From the NCBI GenBank assembly GCA_016930645.1, contig JAFGGH010000026.1:3642-67641 (forward strand): a DNA stretch of 64,000 nucleotides, read 5' to 3'. Shown here piece by piece: positions 17,299-24,864 of this stretch. This DNA is from Sedimentisphaerales bacterium. GTDB lineage: Bacteria; Planctomycetota; Phycisphaerae; Sedimentisphaerales; Anaerobacaceae. Position 1 is the stretch's first letter. Each line of letters opens with the position of its first letter. The translations under genes were made by a program, and so were the position numbers. Under the pieces are notes generated by a model. The model saw nothing but the letters and a program-made list of their open reading frames with translations, was not told the DNA's origin and made no database searches.

Positions 17299-17448
17299 AT
17301 GAGCAAAAGAGAATTAATCGACTGCATCTGCGAAATTAACAAAACGGCCCGAGCCGAGTTCCTCGAAGATTTCAGTGAACAGGAGCTTAACGAGTATCTC
17401 GAGCATCTTATGGAGCTTGACCTCGAAGAGCTTGTGGTCGTCGGTTGA
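17299..17448 (+). CDS. Possible small acidic protein (49 aa), divergent from the ECF sigma gene
   Basis: ATG...TGA ORF not in the supplied track because it is shorter than 60 aa: MSKRELIDCICEINKTARAEFLEDFSEQELNEYLEHLMELDLEELVVVG. There is no clear SD, so coding status is unproven. Confidence 0.3.
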   Translation: MSKRELIDCICEINKTARAEFLEDFSEQELNEYLEHLMELDLEELVVVG

Positions 17449-18083
17449 TTTGAAGATTCGGTTGGTTGCCGCAACTATGGTGCAGGCTGCCTGACGCCGG
17501 AACTTTCCTATCCCTCGTTTTCATTAACCGCAGTCTTAAGGACTCCTAACGGAAAGACTTCTGTTTTTAAACACTAAGCCACGAAAGTACCTACCCTGAG
17601 CAAACCTGCCTTGCTTGTACTGAGCTTGTCGAAGTGAGCGAAGTCGAAAGAGTCGAATGAGGCACAAAATTACTTGGAGCAGCACAGCCGTAACCAAACT
17701 GATCAGACACAGATTGACAGGATTTTTTAAGACAGGGATAACCTGCCTTCGCTAAAGCTACGGCAAGGCAGGCAGGATAAACTGGATTTTTTCAGATACG
17801 GATTTAAAAAACGTAAAAACGGTTTCGTTGTCGCAGCTCGTAACGGCAGACGTCTTACGGTAAACGAGACGAGTCGCGAAACCGAAAACGATATGTACCA
17901 CGGCCATCCCCTCGACTACGCTCGGGACAGGCCTGGCCGTGGTAACACGAGCAGGATGCTCGTGTTACTTTACAAAGAGCGATAAATTGCTGCCAGGCTT
18001 GGCATGGAAAGCTCCATCAATCTTAGAGGCAGATCCCCTAAAACAGAAAAAAGTAGAATGTCCCCTTTATACCTTTATACTGC

Positions 18084-19196
18084 TTATGGTGAATTACTGT
18101 CTTTGGGAACTTCGATAACTGTGACATTTATTTGAGTTGTGGTTGTGGCTGGAGCTTCACTTGCGAGTTTTGGAACTGCCACAATGCTGTTTTGTTTGAA
18201 CGCCACAAGGACGGGTACATAGTTATTCGGTACATTGAAGACAAAATCAAACCAGCGTACACCGTCAGTAAAATCTGTTGGTTCGACAGTAATAACATCC
18301 GAAAGGTTTTTCTTTTCGACCCGGTTCCCTTTGATATATCCGATTGGATAGGCGTTGATACCGATTCCTTTGAGGGGATTTTCAGCAGTTTTTTCATTAC
18401 AGATTAGCCTGAGCTGAGAAAGGCTGAAGGGCGAGCCGTACCTTTTAATACCAATCCTTGCTATGACTAACTCATGGCCGTATTGGGGTGTAATATTATT
18501 GCCATTTGTATCCTTCAACTGGTCGGAAGCAAACCACGCGGCGTTTTTTTGGGGTACTTGAATAGCCGGCTTTGATGTCAGAATATCAAAATTCTTTTCT
18601 TTGGCCAAGAAATTTAAAAAAGTCTCGTCTATCAGAGAAGGGTGCACTACAGCAAAGCTTTTCTTTCCGCTTAGAGAACCGCTGCTAAGGTTACAGAATA
18701 AGCCTGTCGCGAAAACGTCGGCATTTAAAAAGGCTTTTTTGGGGTAGTCAGGATTCGGATTGGTCTTGTCAAAGCGCTGATACGTAATTTTTCTTGAAAT
18801 AGGAGCTAAATCCGTAAAGGTCAAAATGATTCCGGCAAAAATCAAACCTGATATTGCGGCGAAAACTACTTTGCCGATTTTTTCAGCTAAGGGGCTAAGC
18901 TCGATATGTTTTTTCAGAAGATACATGCTTAGAAACTGAAAGACTGAAAATGCTATTACGAACAGAAGTATAAACGATAAGGGCTGAGCAAAATCAACCA
19001 GAGCTTTTCTTGAAGAATCTGTTGTCCTGCTGATAATCAAATCAGCAGTCTGCTCGAAAAAGGCGAAACTGACTACCGCGGCAAGAATGATTGCAAAAAC
19101 CGTTACTATCGACCTGGCCAGCGTGTCTTTTAGGGCCTGATATAAAATAAAGCCTACTATAATCAGCAATACGATTAATACCGTCATTGGCAACAC
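18084..19196 (-). CDS. Membrane protein with a CvpA-like four-TM N-terminal domain and a C-terminal extracytoplasmic domain of unknown function
   Basis: Four hydrophobic helices within the first 130 aa, with spacing reminiscent of the CvpA/colicin V production family. The remainder has no recognisable motif. Confidence 0.45.
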   Translation of the reverse strand: MLPMTVLIVLLIIVGFILYQALKDTLARSIVTVFAIILAAVVSFAFFEQTADLIISRTTDSSRKALVDFAQPLSFILLFVIAFSVFQFLSMYLLKKHIELSPLAEKIGKVVFAAISGLIFAGIILTFTDLAPISRKITYQRFDKTNPNPDYPKKAFLNADVFATGLFCNLSSGSLSGKKSFAVVHPSLIDETFLNFLAKEKNFDILTSKPAIQVPQKNAAWFASDQLKDTNGNNITPQYGHELVIARIGIKRYGSPFSLSQLRLICNEKTAENPLKGIGINAYPIGYIKGNRVEKKNLSDVITVEPTDFTDGVRWFDFVFNVPNNYVPVLVAFKQNSIVAVPKLASEAPATTTTQINVTVIEVPKDSNSP

Positions 19197-19390
19197 TCCA
19201 TATAATTTATTGAGTTTTTAATAAATAATGGAACGTATAAACAAATATCGTTTTCGTTTGCGAGGCTCGTATCGTAAAACGTTCTACGTAAACCGTTACG
19301 AGCCGCGAAACCGATTAACTAACGACGATTCTCGTTTCGGATTTCGAATTTTATTTAACGTTCCTTTGTTTTTTCAAAGAACAATAAACA

Positions 19391-19419
19391 TGTAATACGG
19401 GCTTAAAGCCCGTGTTACA
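19391..19419 (-). terminator. Hairpin directly after the stop of the GspE-like gene
   Basis: 12-bp stem TGTAATACGGGC / GCCCGTGTTACA (one G-U pair) with a 5-nt loop. On the - strand it is followed by T-rich tgtttattgt. Confidence 0.4.
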
Positions 19420-21072
19420 TTAAACCGTTCTTTGCCGTCCCTGTCTTTGCTCTGAAAGCATTTTTATCATCTCATCGATTGAAGTCGCGCCTTCGAGCAC
19501 TTTGTCGAGCATTTGTTCCTGAAGGTACTTAACTTTATTCTTTCTCATCTGTATTGCTAAATCCTGATGCGACTTTGACTCAATGATTGCTTTTTTAAGC
19601 TCGTTGTTAATCATCACAGTTTCAAAGACGCATGTTCTTCCGTAGTATCCGATTTCCTGACAATGTTCACAGGGATAAGCCTTGCCGCGTTTGTCGTAAA
19701 CGACCTTGCCCGCCCTGTAAAGTACCCTGGCCTTGCCGGGTGGTATGTTATATTTCCTGAACAGCTCTTTGTTCGGTTCATAGGCCTGTTTGCATTCAGA
19801 ACACAGAGTTCTGAACAGCCTCTGATTGCTTATCCCGACAAGTGTCTCTGCAATCGCCTTTCTGTCACCAACGAGTTTAATCCATTTTGCCAGTGCGTTC
19901 GTAGTGCTGTCAGCTTCGATGGTTGCGTAAACGATTACACCGTCCTTTGCGGCTTTGGTAACTATCTGGGCTGTATCTGTGTCTTTTACGTCAGCCGCAC
20001 CGAGGACATCGGGACTCATACGTACCATCGATAAAAGCTTTTTGGCGTATGTTGTGGTGCCGCTGTCGCTTAGTGAATAAACTTCCTGAGTTACATTCGG
20101 TAATTCTCCAGACGGCCTAATCTCAAGCGCGTTAATCACATTCAGAAAGGCGTCGTGGTTTCTTAGAAACGCATAAAAAGTGGTTGTGACTCCTGACTGC
20201 CTTGGGCCTGTTATAAGAAACAAACCCTGCTTCATATCACGTATGGAATTTAGTTGCTTGTATTGCCCATCGGTAAGGTTGATTTCCGCCAGCTTGTAAA
20301 TACTGCTTTGTGTTATCTGCTTGATTCTGAGTTGCTCTCCGGCTGTTGAACCTGCGGTTGTAATCTCCCATTTGCAGCTTCCTTGCTCCTGAGTTGTCCG
20401 GAAGTGTCCCTTTTGAGGTTTCCGTCTTTCTTCGAGATTAAGACCTGCAAGCTGTTTCAGGAAAAAGGAAAGGCTTTCAACCTGTTCTTTCGATAATTCC
20501 GGCTGCTTTAATGTTGTCCCGTCAACAATATAAGTCATCCTGTAAGAATCGCCCGCAGGTGAAAGAACAATATCGCTTGTTCGCCTGTAGATTGCATCTG
20601 AAAACAAGTCGTGGGCGGCCTTAAAGCCGAAAAATTCAGGCGTCTTTGTTTCGGGTACCGGAATTTCGTTATTGTTGGCTGAAATGAAACTAAGGCTTTC
20701 ATATTTATCAAGCTTTTTATCCGGATTTGAAAAAAGCCCCATTATATGGTCAGGTGTAAGCACTTTTTCAAAATCAGGAACCTTTGCATTTCGCTGCATA
20801 ACATAAATCAGCGCCGCAGCACCAACACCAATGGCATATAGTAATAATCCGACAATAAAAACAGGTATGAGCAGCCACAGGGCGAAGAAAACCGCGCCTA
20901 TGGTAAGAATGATACCGACCCAGCGTCTTTCATCCAGACCTACAGCTCTTGCATCTTCGTAAATCCAGCTCAATAACGCCAGCCAGGGGAAGAAAAGCAC
21001 AAGTAAAATAACGAACTTGACAATAGAAATATATTCACCAAAAAGTGAAGCGATTAGTACTGATTCCGACAT
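19420..21072 (-). CDS. Membrane-anchored GspE/PilB-family ATPase homologue with degenerate catalytic motifs (probable pseudo-ATPase)
   Basis: Three N-terminal TM helices. GspE N-domain-like SDIVLSPAGDSYRMTYIVDG and ERRKPQKGHF. Walker A reads GPRQSGVTT, with no Lys. The Walker B/Glu region reads SPDVLGAADVKD. The C-terminal tetracysteine motif CSECK...CEHCQ is retained. Confidence 0.7.
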   Translation of the reverse strand: MSESVLIASLFGEYISIVKFVILLVLFFPWLALLSWIYEDARAVGLDERRWVGIILTIGAVFFALWLLIPVFIVGLLLYAIGVGAAALIYVMQRNAKVPDFEKVLTPDHIMGLFSNPDKKLDKYESLSFISANNNEIPVPETKTPEFFGFKAAHDLFSDAIYRRTSDIVLSPAGDSYRMTYIVDGTTLKQPELSKEQVESLSFFLKQLAGLNLEERRKPQKGHFRTTQEQGSCKWEITTAGSTAGEQLRIKQITQSSIYKLAEINLTDGQYKQLNSIRDMKQGLFLITGPRQSGVTTTFYAFLRNHDAFLNVINALEIRPSGELPNVTQEVYSLSDSGTTTYAKKLLSMVRMSPDVLGAADVKDTDTAQIVTKAAKDGVIVYATIEADSTTNALAKWIKLVGDRKAIAETLVGISNQRLFRTLCSECKQAYEPNKELFRKYNIPPGKARVLYRAGKVVYDKRGKAYPCEHCQEIGYYGRTCVFETVMINNELKKAIIESKSHQDLAIQMRKNKVKYLQEQMLDKVLEGATSIDEMIKMLSEQRQGRQRTV

Positions 21073-21103
21073 CTAATACTCCATTATTAATTGACCAATT
21101 GGC

Positions 21104-22237
21104 TTATAATATTCCGCTGGCTGTTGTCTTAATCCCTTTCAACGCCATTTTCAATTCCTCAGGATTAGGCGCATATTTGAAAGCGTCTCTGGGGTCAATG
21201 AAACCTTCTTTTATCAGCTTGCAGAGGTTTTCCGTGATGTCAATCATACCTTCATTCTGACAGGCTCTTATCACGGTTGGCAGGTCCGATTCCCGCGACT
21301 CAGCTATCATTTTTCTGACCTGGGGATTGGCAAGCATTATTTCGATAACAGGGACACGGTCGATTTTTTCTTTTATACTGGGCAGCAATAACTGGCTTAC
21401 TATAGCTTTTAGGGTAAGGCTTAAATTCTGCCTTATCATATCTCTTTCATTTTGCGGGAACAGCTCAAGCAGCCTTCCGACCGCCTGTGAGGCGTTTGCC
21501 GAGTGCATAGTTCCGAATACGAGGTGTCCTGTCTCGGCAGCCCTCATACCGGCGGTAACGGTTTTTGATTCCCTCATCTCGCCGACAAAAACTACATCGG
21601 GGTCCTGTCTCATTAGATATGTCAGCGCCTCGTCAAAGTCCTTTACATCGATGCCGACTTCACGCTGTGATACTATCGCCTTTTTGTCCTGAAAGACATA
21701 TTCAATAGGGTCCTCCACTGTAACTATATGGCAGTTTCGGTTTTGGTTGATAAAATCAATCATCGATGCGATTGTCGTTGTCTTACCCGAGCCGGTCGGC
21801 CCGACAACGAGAACCAGCCCCTGTCCGCGGTCGGCAATCTTTTCCAGGGTTTTCGGCAGGTGCAGCTCCTCGAATTGGGGCACCCTCGATTCGACCCGCC
21901 TGGCAGCCATACTGATAGCTCCTCTCTGGCGGAAAATATTAATCCTGAAACGATCTTTCTTCTCAAGTTCGTATGCAAAGTCAAGTGTACCCTGGCTAAG
22001 GAACAATTTCTTTTGAACATTGGTAAGAATTTCAAAAACAAGCTCTTCGATGCGTTCTTCCGTCATAACTTCGCCGGTTGTATCTTTCAGACCGCCGTAC
22101 ATGCGAAGTTTGGGCGGCTGGCCGACTTTCAAATGCAGGTCGCTGGCTCGGTTCTTTATCGCCGCGCGGAAAAACCTGTCCAGCTTCTTCTCAGAATCAC
22201 TTATAACCGATTCTAAAATTGGTTCTTCATCTGCCAT
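21104..22237 (-). CDS. pilT: Type IV pilus retraction ATPase PilT
   Basis: Intact GPTGSGKTTT, TVEDPIEY, DPDVVFVGEMRE and TGHLVFGTMHSANA. Length is 377 aa. Confidence 0.85.
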   Translation of the reverse strand: MADEEPILESVISDSEKKLDRFFRAAIKNRASDLHLKVGQPPKLRMYGGLKDTTGEVMTEERIEELVFEILTNVQKKLFLSQGTLDFAYELEKKDRFRINIFRQRGAISMAARRVESRVPQFEELHLPKTLEKIADRGQGLVLVVGPTGSGKTTTIASMIDFINQNRNCHIVTVEDPIEYVFQDKKAIVSQREVGIDVKDFDEALTYLMRQDPDVVFVGEMRESKTVTAGMRAAETGHLVFGTMHSANASQAVGRLLELFPQNERDMIRQNLSLTLKAIVSQLLLPSIKEKIDRVPVIEIMLANPQVRKMIAESRESDLPTVIRACQNEGMIDITENLCKLIKEGFIDPRDAFKYAPNPEELKMALKGIKTTASGIL

Positions 22238-22426
22238 AAATTCCTGTCTAAAAAGTTATCGCGTAAACCCAAATTCCCAAAAAGGATATGTTAGAAGCTC
22301 AATTTTAGCAAAACATCCTTAAACTTATGTATTATAAGACTTTCAACGTAATTGTCAACCCTGAAGAAAAGCTGATATCGGGATATCGGCAACAAAAGGC
22401 GGATAAAAAAGCTATATACGGTTTTT

Positions 22427-23800
22427 TTAACCGGCCAGAGCCAAAGTAAGTGTCAAATAAATAGCAACGCTGATTGAATCATTTGCAGTAGTAACCAGCG
22501 GGCCGGAACTTATCGCAGGGTCAATGCCGATTTTCCTGAACAGAAACGGTAAAACCAGGCCAAGCGTTGTCGCAACCATAATAGCCGAAAACATCGCTGT
22601 TCCAAATGCCAGCACTAATCTTGTTATTTGAATCGATTCGCTCTCTGATGTCCTGAAATTCAGCATAATCGAACAGGCAATACCCCCCAGCACACCGCAG
22701 GCCAGCGCCACTAAAAGGGCAATTCGGGTTTCCCTTGAAAATACCTGTGAAAATTTCAACGCAGCTAAATGGCCTGTTGCCAAACCGGAGACTACTATTG
22801 CCGATGTCTGCAACCCGGCGTTGCCGCTAATGGCAGCTATCATAGGCACAAACGCAGCCGCTGTAAGATAAACCAAAGGCTCGTGACTTTTAAAAAATGT
22901 CATAATGAGGGCGGTAACAGATGTCCCTAACAAACAGGGCAGCAGCCAGGTCATTCGTATTCTCGCTGCGTGAAAAGCGCGGAAATCCTCAAGCTCTTCA
23001 GGCTCGGTGCCGGCCATAGCGTAGAGGTCTTCGGCAGCTTCCTCTTCGGCAACTTCGATAATTCTGTCTGCCGTAATTCTGCCGATTAACCGGCGCTGGT
23101 TATCAAGAACTGGTATTACGATAAGGTCGTTGTTTCTGAATATATTTCTGACCTCTTCCTGGTCGGCGTCTGCGTTGACATATATGGTATCTTCTTCGAG
23201 CAGCTCTTTTATCTTCCTCGATTCCGGAGCGGTCAACAGATGTCTGATACGAACATCACCGAGGAATTTACTGTTACTGTCAACTACGAAGATGGAATAA
23301 AAGTCCTCGTCAATTTCAGCCGAGCGGATTTTGCTGACCGCCTCGGCGACTGTGGCATCTTCAGTTACGCTCATCAGCACGGGGTCCATAATGCCGCCTG
23401 CCGAGTCTTCGCTGTAGCTCATCAGCTTGCGGATTTTTGTGGCTATAGCAGGCGATATCTCTGATAAAAGTCCCTGACATTCTTCCTCGGGCAATTCAGC
23501 AAGAAGGTCAGCCGCATCATCGAGGTCTAATTCGAGAATAATAGCGCGCAACTCGTGGTCTTTGAGCAATTCAAAAAGATTTGAGCGTGTCGCCTCATCG
23601 ACTTTTTCGAGCACCTCGGCGCTGGTTTCCCTGTCAAGGACGTCAAAGACAGAACGACGGCCCTGCTCGTCCAGGATTTCAACGACCTCAGCTATATTAC
23701 TGGAACGCGAATCATCCAGTAAAGCACGAAGGGCCTGTTTGTCGTCAGCTTCGAGCAGAGGCTCAATCTGTCGCAGCAGTTGTTTTTTCTCTTCGGCCAT
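22427..23800 (-). CDS. mgtE: Magnesium transporter MgtE
   Basis: N-domain, tandem CBS region and a 5-TM C-terminal domain with the typical ...PVLMSV.../GNAGLQTSAIVVSGLATG pattern. Confidence 0.9.
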   Translation of the reverse strand: MAEEKKQLLRQIEPLLEADDKQALRALLDDSRSSNIAEVVEILDEQGRRSVFDVLDRETSAEVLEKVDEATRSNLFELLKDHELRAIILELDLDDAADLLAELPEEECQGLLSEISPAIATKIRKLMSYSEDSAGGIMDPVLMSVTEDATVAEAVSKIRSAEIDEDFYSIFVVDSNSKFLGDVRIRHLLTAPESRKIKELLEEDTIYVNADADQEEVRNIFRNNDLIVIPVLDNQRRLIGRITADRIIEVAEEEAAEDLYAMAGTEPEELEDFRAFHAARIRMTWLLPCLLGTSVTALIMTFFKSHEPLVYLTAAAFVPMIAAISGNAGLQTSAIVVSGLATGHLAALKFSQVFSRETRIALLVALACGVLGGIACSIMLNFRTSESESIQITRLVLAFGTAMFSAIMVATTLGLVLPFLFRKIGIDPAISSGPLVTTANDSISVAIYLTLTLALAG

Positions 23801-24165
23801 GCTCTTATCCTTAATGACTCCGAAACCATAATTCCGTCAGCCGATAACATAATTAAATTTAAGCGTTCAGGCAATTATTATTTATTAGAGCAACTAATAA
23901 AATCCCTTTGCATAAGCCATTTAGACGAAACTATAATATCGGACGAAAAACAGGCTTCTTGAATGCAAAGGCATTTTGCCGATAGCTAAAATAGTCGCCG
24001 ACTTAGTCGGCCTCAACAAAGCGAAAGACGAGATACCGGCGACGAGCGACGCGCAAATTGGCCGTCCCGATTTATCGGAACGGTCAATTTGAGAAAAATA
24101 ATGCTTGGTATAAATCGGGTTTTAGTGTAAAATGTAAGTGTTAATTCGTATTATGACTGGAGTCA

Positions 24166-24804
24166 GTGATGAGGTATTTTTTGTATTTTAGCTTGTCTTT
24201 AATCATAGCAGTCTCTTGCGCTGCTATGGCAGGGCCGAAGCCGGTAATGGTACAAGGCCCGTTGCAGTGGACCGCCGACGTGGAATTCACTCACATCGAG
24301 CAGATTAAACTCAAGAGCGGCCCGGACGCCGAAACGAAAAGATACTGGTACATCATTTTGTCGATAACAAACAACACAGAAAAGGATATTAATTTTTACC
24401 CCAACTGCGAATTGATGACCGATACCTTCCAGATTATCCCGGCAGGGCGTAATGTGCCAAAAGGAGTCTTCGATTATATCAAAAAAAGACACATGGGCCT
24501 CTATCCGTTCCTCGAAATGCTCGATACAAGCGGAGCAAAAATCCTGCAGGGCGAAGAAAACGCACGTGACTTAGCAATCATCTGGCCGGACTTCGACGAA
24601 AAGGCAAAGCAAATCAGCCTGTTCGCGTCAGGCCTGAGCAATGAGACGAAGGTAATAGAGCTGCCGCCCATGAACGATTCGGGTGAGCCGACAAAGGTCT
24701 ATCTTCGCAAGACTCTCGAGATGGATTACACGATTAGCGGCGATCCGAAATTCAGAGACGCCCAAAAAATTAAGTTCCTCGGCCAGTCCTGGGTTATGCG
24801 ATAA
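24166..24804 (+). CDS. Secreted hypothetical protein
   Basis: Signal-like N-terminus MRYFLYFSLSLIIAVSCAAMAG. No recognisable catalytic motif. Confidence 0.5.
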   Translation: MMRYFLYFSLSLIIAVSCAAMAGPKPVMVQGPLQWTADVEFTHIEQIKLKSGPDAETKRYWYIILSITNNTEKDINFYPNCELMTDTFQIIPAGRNVPKGVFDYIKKRHMGLYPFLEMLDTSGAKILQGEENARDLAIIWPDFDEKAKQISLFASGLSNETKVIELPPMNDSGEPTKVYLRKTLEMDYTISGDPKFRDAQKIKFLGQSWVMR

Positions 24805-24864
24805 ACACCAACGATTACGTTTAATTCATCCGTAAATGAATGGTGGAATTTGTCTGCTTAAAAT

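Noticed and set aside
23801-24165. Possible M-box (Mg) riboswitch in the mgtE 5' region.
   Set aside because: I read the minus-strand leader and could not recognise conserved M-box helices or sequence blocks. Only small generic hairpins are present. A covariance-model scan would be needed to be sure.
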